DNA of 64,000 bases from Macrostomum lignano (taxonomy: Eukaryota): assembly GCA_002269645.1 (NCBI GenBank), contig NIVC01002560.1:62001-126000 (forward strand), in the 5' to 3' direction. Positions within the stretch are counted from its first letter, which is position 1. Each line of letters opens with the position of its first letter. The position numbers and the translations under genes are program-made. Below the pieces are notes generated by a model. It saw only the letters and a program-made list of their open reading frames with translations. It was not told the origin of the DNA and did not search any database. This document shows positions 29,831 to 42,009 of the stretch, piece by piece.

Positions 29831-30389
29831 CAGAGTGGTAAATCGGTTACTCAAAAAAGACAAATTTGCTTATATTCATGAGAAAAACCTCTGTTAGTGG
29901 TCATAGAAAAATGATCACCGTTCTGACATCGTGTTCATTGTATTCTACTTACATTTATGGAGATGAGTAGCGCAATAAGAAAATCTTGTTATAAATGGAA
30001 ATTCTAAGCTTCGAACAGGCATTAAATCCGAGGTCGTCGAAGCCCTTATGTTTAAAAGTTAGAAATGCGAACAACACCGAGTTAGAATGAGGGTATAAAA
30101 TTGCAGCGAAACGAATGGTTCTAATTGGTGATGACTTGTTTACACGAAGCAGCCGAATGCGACCATAGACTAAAGTGAAATTCTGAGCGCAGATTAAAAG
30201 TGACAATCAATAATATAAAATGAGATATACAAGCTTTGCACGGGTTGCATACATTAGAAAAAGAGCGCGAGATCAAGGGCTTCCTGATAGAAAATCTGAG
30301 GTCATGGTTCGAATCGGTTAATCTGGAATCAGTCACGGAAATCGCTGCTGGAGATTCTGCAGAGCTGCTGTGCGACCGACTTCAAGCAG

Positions 30390-31904
30390 TCAAACAGTTG
30401 ATTCCATACGAGTAGGCATAGCCTCAATAGCGCCACTGGTACCGCCAAGCGCAGAGCCAGCATCGCTGCTGACAACCAGCGGCAAGTGTTCGCAGTCGGC
30501 TGCTGGGTTTGGCGGATTGGTCGAGTTGGAAACCCTCGACGCTAAGGAGATCCTTGAACTAAACAAAGAGCTATAGCCGCTGTCAGCGTCACTTCCGGCT
30601 GCTTTGAAGCAGTTCAGCTGCTGTAAGAACTTTCTGAAGCGTCCGCGCTGGCCATGTTGCGAGGCTCCGCTCTGGACGTTGAGCTGTCGGGTAGCAGCCG
30701 CACCAGGTGACTCAGCAGCTCGGATCTGGGCATCGAGATGTCCGGTAGCAGCGGCACCATGAGACTCAGCTCGGATCTGGGCATCGAGATGTCCGGTAGC
30801 AGCGGCACCAGGTGACTCAGCAGCTCGGATCTGGGCATCGAGATGTCCGGTAGCAGCCGCACCAGGAGACTCAGCTCGGATCTGGGCATCGAGATGTCCG
30901 GTAGCAGCCGCACCAGAAGACTCAGCTCGGATCTGGGCATCGAGATGTCCGGTAGCAGCGGCACCAGGAGACTCAGCTCGGATCTGGGCATCGAGATGTC
31001 CGGTAGCAGCCGCACCAGAAGACTCAGCTCGGATCTGGGCATCGAGATGTCCGGTAGCAGCGGCACCAGGAGACTCAGCTCGGATCTGGGCATCGAGATG
31101 TCCGGTAGCAGCGGCACCAGGAGACTCAGCTCGGATCTGGGCATCGAGATGTCCGGTAGCAGCGGCACCAGGAGACTCAGCTTGGATCTGGGCATCGAGA
31201 TGTCCGGTAGCAGCGGCACCAGGAGACTCAGCTCGGATCTGGGCATCGAGATGTCCGGTAGCAGCGGCGTCTGGTGAATGCTCGAGGCTGTCGACCTGAA
31301 GTTCTTCACCACCAGCTCCAGCTGCTGCATTCCCAGTTGGCTCATCTCGGTTGCAGAATCCTCGCGAAGATCCGAAACTAGAAGAGTCATCCGACTCATC
31401 TCCATTCTCAGGCATCAGTCCAGAATCCAGAGAACCATGGCTGGCCATGGACGAACCATGCCCGCTCTCCAGTCCACCTGAAACCCGTTGGGATTCTTCG
31501 AAACTTCGTTCGGGAGCCGAACCCGCCTCTGGCGCTGCGTTCTCCGGAACGCTCGGCGAGGTCAGTCCGATGGCCGGCGTCCTGCGGTTGCTGCGCAGGC
31601 TGAGGCAGCTGCCGCCGGTGCTCCGAGCCTGATGCGGCCACCTGCCGCCGAGCTGCTCCAGCGGCTGCTGCCCCGACCAAGTCGACTGCGGCGAAGCTCC
31701 CGCCGACTGGGGCGAGTGCGGTCTCGCGGCGCTCAAGTAGTCTGACGAATCGTGCCTCCTCGCTGCCGTCATCTGTGGTGCGCTGCGTCTTCTGCCGTAG
31801 TCCAACTTCTTCCTGCTTCTATTTTTTAGGGCTTTGGGCTGGGGTAGCGACGGCTTTGCCGCGGTTTTTCTCTCCTGGTAGTACCTTGTTCTGTGCGCCT
31901 CCAT
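30390..31904 (-). CDS. Hypothetical disordered protein (504 aa) with ~10 copies of a 17-aa repeat
   Basis: ORF stays open ~210 aa before and ~100 aa after the (SPGAAATGHLDAQIRAE)n block. Unit length variants are +3 nt only. Confidence 0.55.
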   Translation of the reverse strand: MEAHRTRYYQERKTAAKPSLPQPKALKNRSRKKLDYGRRRSAPQMTAARRHDSSDYLSAARPHSPQSAGASPQSTWSGQQPLEQLGGRWPHQARSTGGSCLSLRSNRRTPAIGLTSPSVPENAAPEAGSAPERSFEESQRVSGGLESGHGSSMASHGSLDSGLMPENGDESDDSSSFGSSRGFCNRDEPTGNAAAGAGGEELQVDSLEHSPDAAATGHLDAQIRAESPGAAATGHLDAQIQAESPGAAATGHLDAQIRAESPGAAATGHLDAQIRAESPGAAATGHLDAQIRAESSGAAATGHLDAQIRAESPGAAATGHLDAQIRAESSGAAATGHLDAQIRAESPGAAATGHLDAQIRAAESPGAAATGHLDAQIRAESHGAAATGHLDAQIRAAESPGAAATRQLNVQSGASQHGQRGRFRKFLQQLNCFKAAGSDADSGYSSLFSSRISLASRVSNSTNPPNPAADCEHLPLVVSSDAGSALGGTSGAIEAMPTRMESTV

Positions 31905-32146
31905 TCAACAGACATTGCAGCACCCCCAAACCCCGTGTACATTTACAGCAGGCCAAGTCTGGGGAGTTGGGGTGGGCTGGAAAGAGAATGGAATTGTGGC
32001 GAAAGAATCACATGACTGCACATCATGGGACCCGCTCAGTCAATAGAGAACTCGTGACTCAGAAGAAGAGTGCAGCGGAAAAACTCAAAGCTAACGATCG
32101 GAATCAGACAGTTTTGCGTGAATCAGAGGTGGCTTTTGAGAATGAA

Positions 32147-32646
32147 TGGCTGTCTCAGCCGTGACTGTTGGATGTATCAGATCATGTCTCCCTGTCTTGG
32201 CTGTCTCAGCCGTGACTGTTGGATGTATCAGATCATGTCTCCCTGTCTTGGCTGTCTCAGCCGTGACTGTTGGATGTATCAGATCATGTCTCCCTGTCTT
32301 GGCTGTCTCAGCCGTGACTGTTGGATGTATCAGATCATGTCTCCCTGTCTTGGCTGTCTCAGCCGTGACTGTTGGATGTATCAGATCATGTCTCCCTGTC
32401 TTGGCTGTCTCAGCCGTGACTGTTGGATGTATCAGATCATGTCTCCCTGTCTTGGCTGTCTCAGCCGTGACTGTTGGATGCATCAGATCATGTCTCCCTG
32501 TCTTGGCTGTCTCAGCCGTGACTGTTGGATGCATCAGATCATGTCTCCCTGTCTTGGCTGTCTCAGCCGTGACTGTTGGATGCATCAGATCATGTCTCCC
32601 TGTCTTGGCTGTCTCAGCCGTGACTGTTGGATGCATCAGATCATGT
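32147..32646. repeat. 42-bp minisatellite x12
   Basis: Unit GGCTGTCTCAGCCGTGACTGTTGGATGYATCAGATCATGTCTCCCTGTCTT-type. Confidence 0.96.
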
Positions 32647-33168
32647 TCCCCGTAATAAGGAAGGTGAGTTTCGTTTGCATCCAGATTTACGAAAGTACGC
32701 GGAATTAACATTCCGCCAGAATGCACGTACGCTTCATGTACACATGCGCTCTTAGATTATTCGATTTGCGTTCGTGCTAGAATTATTTTAATATTCGCAC
32801 ACCAGCCAGTAGTTTAGGCGCAACCAAGAATTGGCTCGAGCCTCGAAAAGGCCTCGAGCTAGCGCTGACCCAGACTGAGGCTCGCTATTAACTCGGGTCA
32901 GGTGACCCAGTTGATGGGTCTGCATCCAGAGAAATGAGTCAGTCCAGCCCTCACCCTCTCGCGCTGTTGAGTTCGCAGTTAGCCAGGGGAGAGAGAGAAG
33001 AGAAAAGCTGAGCTGAGCAGCCCTTTAAAAACTGAATGCAAACTGAGGCCAGGCAAGAGCGGGACTCGACAGAGCGCGGCGGTCAGCTACAGCCCCCCCC
33101 CCCCAGTCTCAAGCTCCCGACGGGCAGGCAGGTGAAAGACCAGCACTAAGGCCGGCCCGGCCCAGAGC

Positions 33169-33720
33169 ATGCAGGGCGAGCGGCAAGACGAGCCGGCGGT
33201 CGACGCTGAGGCGACTCAGCAGCAGCCGCCGCCGACGCCGCCACGGCCGCCGCCGCCGCAGGAGCCGATCTGGCTGCGGCGTCTCAACAGCAAATCTTCG
33301 GCTGGCAACGACATCGATGACCGGGACGAGGAGGAGCTCGACAGCCTGACGCACCTGGCAGCTCCCAGAATCCTTCGGCGCCAGGACAGCGCGGGCCTGT
33401 GCGGCTCGGTTGCCATGGCAACAGGGGCCGGCCACCCACCGTGCCTCCGCTCGGACTCGACGGACAGCATCGGGCCGGAGCTGCTGACCTTCCGGCCGAT
33501 CCAGGCAATGCCGCTGACCCCGCCAGGCCGCCCGGCCGAGGAGGCCGAGAAGACCATCCGGCAGCCGAGGCCGCTGCCTGCGGCGGCGCTTGAGTCATCT
33601 GTGGCTGGGCAGCCGAGCTCCCAGGACGTCAAGGACGGCGGACGCTTTCAGTTCACAGTCGATGCCGTTGCGGGCAGCAGCGAGGAGTTCGAGCAGGTTG
33701 ACAAAGATGAGCAGTCCTGA
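33169..33720 (+). CDS. Hypothetical single-exon Pro/acid-rich protein (183 aa)
   Basis: GC-rich non-repetitive ORF bounded by AT-richer flanks. No recognised domain. Confidence 0.5.
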   Translation: MQGERQDEPAVDAEATQQQPPPTPPRPPPPQEPIWLRRLNSKSSAGNDIDDRDEEELDSLTHLAAPRILRRQDSAGLCGSVAMATGAGHPPCLRSDSTDSIGPELLTFRPIQAMPLTPPGRPAEEAEKTIRQPRPLPAAALESSVAGQPSSQDVKDGGRFQFTVDAVAGSSEEFEQVDKDEQS

Positions 33721-34494
33721 GTTCTACTCGAGTCTTCTCTAATTGAGATCTGAGATTGGAGATCTCCATCATCGGCCCTCTGTAAAAACCTGCCCAAATT
33801 ACTGAGCTGCAGGGGCAGTTGGCGGTTGTTTAATTAACAGAAACTGCACCTGCAGTTTGCTTATCTGCTCAATATTTTGCATGAAGCTGCTGTGTGATCA
33901 ATGCCGCCAATTTCTTGCTCAAACTGTCTAAATTTCTGCTTTTTCACCGGTTTGCAGGACAAAAAATCTAAAAAATTGTCTTCAAAGCATTTCAAGCTTT
34001 GAAGCAACTCAAGTAAAGCTTTTGTTTATCTAAACTGTATATTTGAACAATTCAGAAAGCTTGTAAAAATAAAACTTTCTTTCACTACAGAAAACGAATG
34101 TGGCTACTGCGGGAACTCAGTAGCCAGTGATGTGCATTCGGCCTTGAGCTTTTAACAGATTCTTTATTGACTTTTTAATGTTTTACACTTAAACTTGTAC
34201 TTTAAACGGCTTCAGTAGATAACTCAATAGTGAAGAAAGTGCTCGATGTACTTTCATAAATTTTAGCCTGCAGATCCGCATTTCTTCTGTACGATGGTGA
34301 CTCAGAATCCATCAGCAGGCGGGATGTCTATAGCAACAAGAGATAATCTGGAGAAATATTTTGACAATCATCCATTCACCGATAAATTAAAGAGTTAATC
34401 AATCACTCAATCAATCAATCAATCAATCAGCCAGTCGATTAACTTGGCAAGCGGGCGGTGATTACATTATACTGCTCAGGCAGCCATCAGCTCA

Positions 34495-35185
34495 TCACTC
34501 TCTGTCCCGCCCGATCCGCGGTCCCCACAGCGACAGGTTGGCGGGCCGCAGCCCGGCCCTGACTCTCCTGTTGTCCGTGTCGCGCGAGAAATGACAGCCG
34601 CAGGTGGGCTTCTGCCAGGTGACAAACGGCGACACCTCATTGCGACCGCCAGCTGCCTGCCACGAGGCCAGCGGCGGCAGGGAGAGGCGGACGGCGGCGG
34701 GCATTAGCGGCGGCGAATGCGACTGTGGCGGTCCGACGGGCACGAAGCCGGGCTCGCGGCGGACGTTGTAGCGGCGGCTGAGCTCGCTGCTCAGGCCCAG
34801 CTGGTGCAGGCGCAGGTGCTCCAGGAGCTGCCAACTGCGCAGCAGGGGGTCCGGGTGCCGGCTGTGCAGGCTGGGGGTGCTGCGGGCCCGCGGCTGAGGC
34901 TGCGGCGAGGCCGACGGCCGGTCGCTGCTCGACTGTAGAAGCTGCAGCGAGGTGAGGGTTCGAAGTTTGAGTCTGACATCTGACTGACTGACTGACTGAC
35001 TGACTGACTGACTGACTGACTGACTGACTGACTGACTGACTGACTGACTGCCCCCAACAAATGCAGCAGGTGTTTGCAGTGCAAAATCTGCTTACTGGCA
35101 GCTTCACCCCTCTGATGCAGCTTCCAGATTTCGCGGCGGGCTGACTCGGTTGGTCCAGCTGGATCTGACGGACAGTCGCGGCCAT
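34495..35185 (-). CDS. Hypothetical two-exon gene (178 aa)
   Basis: Exons 35096-35185 and 34495-34941. CCA/GTAAGC donor, CTGCAG acceptor, phase 0. Exon 2 is open for 148 codons. The intron holds a (GTCA)n tract. Confidence 0.5.
34980..35050. repeat. (TGAC)n microsatellite
   Basis: Direct reading, ~17 units. Confidence 0.97.
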
Positions 35186-36637
35186 TGTGTCCGAGTTTTT
35201 TTAACGCGTCTTGGCTGAACTAAAAGCAGGTCTAAAAGCACTGGAGTAGCCGAGATGAGAGGAGTTACACCTGGGACTACCCGAGTTTGGGAATCAACAC
35301 TTTTATCCCACTCAGGTGCGTCGACGCCGTTTTATTGCGCTGCGCTGTAATGAGAGGGAGAAAAATCCCCCACCTCATGAGCCTCATCCCAATTCACCCA
35401 CGGCCTGTCCCAGCGCTGCAGCCAGCGGTATAAGTGGCCATGGCAACGGCCCGATAGCAACCATCACTCGCCAGGCTAACTGTACCGCCACAGAGAGACG
35501 CCTGAGACAGAGGAGTCAGTCAGGGATAAAACTGGATTGCAGGCTGGGGGCACGGCAGAGTCAAGTGAGAGCATGCAGTGGCGCCCTGCCCAGCAGTCTG
35601 TTTGATATCGCCTGCTTTAGACAGCCGCCCCGCTATCCCACCTAAGCAGCTGCATCCGAGTGCAGTGTAGCCGGCTTTGTGACCAGAGCGGGGCCAATAA
35701 GCCTGCTGATGCAATTTCTTGCAATGAACCGCGCAGGCCCGCGAGTTTTGCAGTTTAAATTTCTGTTCAGGGACCGCAGATTCTGTCCAGGTGAGCCTGC
35801 AGAGTGCAGACAGCTGTAATATCAGTTCCACGGATTGTAGAGACATGCAATTCACTGTAAAGCTTAAACTAGCAGCCGACACTACTTTTATAGGTAGTAG
35901 TCTGTCTGGTGCGAAAAAAACGAATAAAGTAAAGACGCTATCAGATTCCTATTAAAAATATTGCTCAACATAAGATTGAGTTTCAGGTCCTTGATTCACG
36001 AAGGAACAAAACAAAAAGTTCGGCTAATGTGCGTGAGTAGTCAAAACTTTAGGCTTATAAAATAAGAAACAATATGAAAACTAAAACAAAAACGGAGTAA
36101 CATGCTGTGCATGCTAAATCAAAAGTGGTGTTATATTCACTGCCAAAATCAAATGCAATAATCGGTTTTGTTTCCTCCTGTCTTATCGGTGTATTTTTCT
36201 CCAGGAAATTAGCCTCTAAAACTTACATATCTCTGGGTTTTACGCCCTTTTATACTACTGTGTGGACCTTTTTAAGGCACCGGAAAAGCACCTTGAAAGC
36301 ACTGGAAAAGCAACCAGGTGATGGGTAGTTTTTGCACCTGAGCTCATTGAGACCGCAGTTTGGCTGACAAATCGCTAATGCATTTTCACTCAGAGATTCC
36401 AGACAACAGCCTGGTACTGATAAATAGGCATTGCGGACACTGAGTTGATCAGTGACCAGATTGGTACGTATTCATGAAATTGCTGTCGAAACTGAGCCAC
36501 AATTCAATCAGAATTTTCAGATAATTTTGCAAAACTGTCAAAGTCTACTGCTACCATTGCTCGTCAAAAAATGTTCCTACATAAAAATTGATTTTGGAGC
36601 TCACAACACAGCTTGCCTTCAACAAAGGCAGCGACCT

Positions 36638-36943
36638 AGGGGGCCGTAGCCCAGCGGTAGCGCAGCTGCTCTGGTGTGCCAGCAACCCAGGCTCGATTCC
36701 AAGTGCAGTAACGGCCTTGAGAGCCAACCCCCCAAGGCGCAGTGAAGTGTACATGCCTAACGATAATATAAAGTTAGGGCCGCTGTACACTCCTGTGTGA
36801 GTGTGTGCCTGCGTACGTATCCGCGCGCTTGAATGCCTGCTCAGGGGAGTCGGCGGAATGGGCAGTAATGCCTCTCGCCGGTTGTGTGTCTATGTCGCTT
36901 AAAGTGCGCCAGGGTGCACACAACCCCCCTGCCTCTAATAAAA
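36638..36943 (+). mobile_element. tRNA-derived SINE, family A, copy 2
   Basis: Same head, body and tail as 9526-9889 except a ~53-bp internal deletion. 14-bp TSD AAAGGCAGCGACCT (36624-36637, 36944-36957). Confidence 0.9.
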
Positions 36944-37241
36944 AAAGGCAGCGACCTTCTCCCGAACAAGACAGCTCGATCAAAGGGGGCCTGCATGGGG
37001 TCTGCAGGAATTTTTTTCTTGTAGAAATTCTTATCCTCCTGCAGGCTGAGCATTTTGGAATTATCCCAACCCATATTCGGCGGCCGCGAACGGCAGGGGT
37101 TCGAATCCTTTTGGCGCTCTTTAACATCCGAGTTATGAAGGCCTTGGCACACTGTTTCTTCCGCATATTTTTTTCGTGACTTTGTTGTTGAATATTTGAC
37201 GGCTATAGAGGTGAAGCAACAACGACACTTGGCGCCAGCAT

Positions 37242-37380
37242 CAAGAGGCGCCAGCATCAAGAGGCGCCAGCATCAAGAGGCGCCAGTATCAAGAGGCGCC
37301 AGCATTAAGAGGACCCAGCATTAAGAGGCGCCAGCATTAAGAGGCGCCAGTATTAAGAGGCGCCAGCATTAAGGGGCGCC
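37242..37380. repeat. 16-bp minisatellite (AAGAGGCGCCAGCATY)n
   Basis: About 8 copies. Confidence 0.92.
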
Positions 37381-37484
37381 AAAGCAGTTGTTGGTCACCT
37401 ACTAAAATGTAAACGGAAGCCCCAAACCTGTGCAAGGATCGCCATCATTTTCCCCAGCTCAGTTCGCCACGCCCCTGTCCTCCA

Positions 37485-37742
37485 TCACCATGACATTGCG
37501 ACTTACCATCGCCATGACATTGCGACTTACCATCGCCATGACATTGCGACTTACCATCGCCATGACATTGCGACTTACCATCGCCATGACATTGCGACTT
37601 ACCATCGCCATGACATTGCGACTTACCATCGCCATGACATTGCGACTTACCATCGCCATGACATTGCGACTTACCATCGCCATGACATTGCGACTTACCA
37701 TCGCCATGACATTGCGACTTACCATCGCCATGACATTGCCAT
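37485..37742. repeat. 24-bp minisatellite x~11
   Basis: Unit CATCGCCATGACATTGCGACTTAC. Confidence 0.96.
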
Positions 37743-38003
37743 TACCTTGAAATCTTATTTTATTAACTTCCAAGCAAAATGTGGCTTTTCAAGAACGTTG
37801 AAGAGCTCACTACTAAATCTAGAATTTCTGTGCTTTATTATATTCTATATTTCCAAAGCTGCTTGAGTATGTTTGGGGCGAGAGAAATGGATCGTTGGGG
37901 ATTGAGTACAATTTGCATGCACAGTTGGCTAAGCGGCATCTCGGGAAGCATATGCACCTGTAGATTTGTATTTGTGTCTCGCATCAGGTCAAGTCGGCAG
38001 CTC

Positions 38004-41000
38004 CTACTGCCTGCAGCTGATGGCGGCCAGAGCGGCAGCTGGAAGCAGCAGCAGCAGCCAGGAGAGGCCGCGCAGGCGCTCACCGGAGTTGCACAGGTTT
38101 CCGTCGCAGCAGTACGGAACGTTGCCGAACGAGTCCGAGGCCTGACTGCACGAGGGAAGGCACGAACGGATGGCCAAACCGGGGTACACGGTCTTCTGCA
38201 ATTGGAGTTTTGCGTCACGAGTGCAGCTGTTAATTAATGTGGAAATTCTGCTTATCAGAGCTGATCAAACAGGGAACGATGACTCACTGCGCAGTAGTTG
38301 CAGCCGCTCACTGTGGTCAATTCGCTGCTCATGAAACTCACTCTGCACCCCGTGCAGGTGTAGCAGCTGATGGCCTCGGCGGTCAGCATGGAGGCTGGGG
38401 GATTAAAATGGTCAGCGCATCCGCACCTGTCCGAATAGTGCTTGCATCGCAGAATATTTGTTTTAGTAATCCACATGCATTCTACCAAGGCACTATATAA
38501 GCTACAAAGCTCTTACAGGCTACGCTACATAAGATTAGTACTAAGCTACAAAGGTCTTACTGGCTACACTCACAAGATTTGGATTGAAGAGTAAAGGTTT
38601 TGCTTATTTCATTGTACGTCTGTACTATTACTCATCATTTGCCTATTTTACCTGCCCCCCTCCGCGCCTCACGCCACCTTTCCCCCATTCTGATTGGTTA
38701 ACGTACGAGTGCATAGTAATTCATGCACATTTACAACCCTCGCTAAAGCCTATGTCAACCCCGCCTTCTACTTACTAAATTGAGAATAAGTATACCTAGC
38801 AAGACGAGACTGCACGTGCCCCTTTGATTTTGTTGTCTGCTACTGTAGAGTGTTCTACCTCCCACAAAAGTAGAATAGAAATTATAGAATACTACTATAA
38901 GTAAGCTAATGCAGGCATGCGCACCTAAAAGATAATTCGTGTTACTAATTTTAGCAACCTATCAATCATGCGTGACCTACAATTGTCAAGTTAAACCCCA
39001 TCTGCGATTCATCATTGGCGTGAACTCAGATGAACCCATCATCAAAGTATTGATGGGTTTCGACCTTCGGGCTCCTTGTTAGGGAAGCCTTCGGGCCTCA
39101 GGCTCAGAAATAAATCAATTAGAGACCTGGCCCCCCACTCCTGTCAGATGGTCAGCCCCATGGTAGCTTGATCGTGTGGCGAGCAGTCTAGGTCCTATAG
39201 CTAAGAGAGGGACAGCGAGAGACGAGCAGGGAGAATTTTGAAAGTAGAAATTAGCTAATCCGCAGATCAACTAACTTGCTGCCACCAGCCCGTGCGCCCT
39301 GGCTCACCACACCGGGACTCTCGAAATCGGGCTTCCGACTAGAAGGGGCTTTGCACTTACCTGCCAACTAGTGTCTTTTTGCTGTCAATCTCGAAGTCAT
39401 AGCCGATGATAAGGGACACTGCTGGGACTAGATCGCGTTGGCCATGCAGGTACAGAGGGGACTTGTGCAGGGGATTCTTGCGGTGGCGAGTCTATGGGGT
39501 AGCTACATGTACTATTACATTGCTAAATACGAAGATATGTACTTTTGGCCTTCAACGCGCCAACTAGCCTCTCATAGCGCTGATGATAGACTAACTCGAA
39601 CTTCAGAGACCGCATGATTCATTTACCCGAGCCGCTTGGCTACCCTTGAGTGCACAAAGTACATCTCTGGCGCCGATTCTGCACTTCTGGCAGTTTTGCT
39701 CACTGATTTGTTAGATTGGTCAACTGAGAACTGCCTTGCCATTGGTCCACTGTGACCGGCGCCTACTAGCTTAGCTACTCATCTGAGCCATCGGCGAACA
39801 AAGAAATAAAACCGACAAAGATAACTGTTAGATTTAACCTTCCCCTTAATTCACTTCACACTTTAGATTGAATTGGAGTCTTAGACTACTAGCAGTATTA
39901 TTGAATGATTCCTGCCTCAGCAACAGCACTACTGAACAAAATGAGCAAAAGTGTGCGCCTAATTCAGCTACTGCAACAGGGGACAGAAAAGGGATCACCC
40001 AATCAAGCAAGTCTAGGTAGCCTCTCACCCAACCAATCAGAAACTCAACAGCCGGAGACCAGGTATTCCACAGTGACCGAATCGGCTCGATGCTCTGCAG
40101 CTGTAGACTCGGGATGATGCTGTCACAATCTTCGCTGTTAGCTAGCAGGTGATGCTCTTAACTGGATGTTCGCTGCTGTCGACCGGGGGACTCGTCCTTG
40201 ATGATGATGGGGGAAGTTGCAATCCGGGATCAAGAAACGACGGTCGTGCTCCGGGAACCAGAAGTTGCGCGCTGGGCCCGAGCCAAAGTAAGAAGAAGTA
40301 GCGTCCGAGCGGGCCAAAAACTCCGGTTTAAATAGCCGCCAACTGGACCGCAGTTTGTTATAACGGAACACGTCGATTCTGATTGGCTGAGCCGTTTTGT
40401 TAAAATTAGCGCCGAATTTTCTGATTGGCTAAGCTCGTTGCTACCCAGAATCACGTGACCGAGAGATCCTATCAGTTCCCACAGGGTCGTAAAAAGATGA
40501 CAGGTGCGGCCATAAATCACTCAAAATCGCAACAAAATGATTTATCACTTTTCGCGTAGGATTGACAGAAATTAATGAAAAAAATATACATTAGAAAGCT
40601 CTTATTAAATAGAAAGTGAAGATAATGAAGAGTAATCGCTAATCGCTAATGCCAAGGTACTTTTAGGGGTAAAACGCATAGCTGTCAAAGCTGTCACACG
40701 CTTGAGTGAACACGAACAATAGGCTCTGACCTCATAAATCTTGATGGCCTGTCAAAATGATGAGAAAAAAGCTACCGCCCGCATCCTCTCAGACCATCTG
40801 GCGCCCGCTTCAACACTGAGTGAGGCGCAGGTGGCTGTCAGATCAGCTTCGAAAGCGATGATTTATGACCCAAAAAGCTGCGCCTATGTTATTATGACTA
40901 CTAGTATGGCCAGACATTATATCTAGTATAGATTCTATGAAAATTCGCAGAAAAAGGATAAAAATGCCCACTGCCCACTGTTAGTAGGCAAGTAAGTTTA

Positions 41001-42009
41001 GAGCCCATGTGCTAGCGCGGGATTTGGGAAAAAGTGCGTCCTCATCAGTATCTAAAAATAGCTCAGCTACGGTAATCAATCATGCGCGCTTACACTAGAC
41101 TAGTTGCTTAACTTTCTACCCTGTCATGCTTGACAGCAACCAAAGCGTGACCCTTTGACATTTACGAAAAAGGTGATGAACGACCTCACGAGGGGCCCGT
41201 TTCTCTATAAATACAAGCGGCCCAACGCGGCACCGGAGTTATTCTCCCCACGGAAGAGGAGCGCTCCGAAGAGGTTGTCTTTAGAAAGACATCCTAGTTA
41301 ACCAGTCAATCGAGACTTGGTTCGGTTGTTGCGGTAAGCCTTTCTTATTTGCGCCAGTTGTTGTAAGAGACGTCTCGCTCAAGTTTATTGGGACTTGAGT
41401 CTGTTTAAGTCTGTTGAGACTTTTGAGTCTGTTGAGACTCCATTGGCAGTAGTCGCCCGACCGAAGGACTACCCTAGTAGATCTTAGAGGAGCTACTAGA
41501 GATATCCGGAGCATTACCTAGAGTGCATCGCGGCACTGCTAGAAGAAGAAGGCTTAAGTGAAACCGCTATTTTGGCGCAGGGATCCCATTGTTGACACGA
41601 GGCCTCTGATTGGTCCTGACTGCAGATACCGGCCGGAAGTAACGTTAAGTGCAACTACAAAGGAACCAGGACCAGAGCAACAGAAGAATCAAGGCGCCTG
41701 AACTACTGATCCAACAAGACCAGTATCGAGAACAACTGTTGCAGAGAACCACTGAAGAGATATCTCCAAGAAGTCAAGGTAAGAAGTACCTTTATTGATA
41801 ACTGGGTTGCCTGGCTACAAAGCTAGAAGTGATTGTTCCTTGATTATCAAAAGGACTGATAACCAGGAACACATCACTACGATTGCCAATTGCGAGGCTA
41901 GCCGCCAAGTGCTGAAGTCTCGATTCTTTGGATTCTCTTATCAACAAGATTAGTACTAAGCTACAAAGGCCTCACCTCCGAACACAAGCAGCAGCAGGGC
42001 GATGCGCAT
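38004..42009 (-). CDS. Ly6/uPAR (three-finger, CD59-like) GPI-anchored protein (110 aa)
   Basis: Exons 41976-42009, 38288-38394, 38004-38195, phase-consistent. Signal MRIALLLLVFGASMLTAEA, 10 Cys, CYTCTGC start, CCDGNLCN end, hydrophobic GPI-signal-like tail. Confidence 0.85.
38580..41946. mobile_element. 3.37-kb insertion with TG..CA ends and 5-bp TSD (LTR-type relic or large solo LTR), class unresolved
   Basis: AGATT at 38575-38579 and 41947-41951. Removing it restores a local ~44-bp tandem unit. No long ORF and no internal LTR pair seen. Confidence 0.45.
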
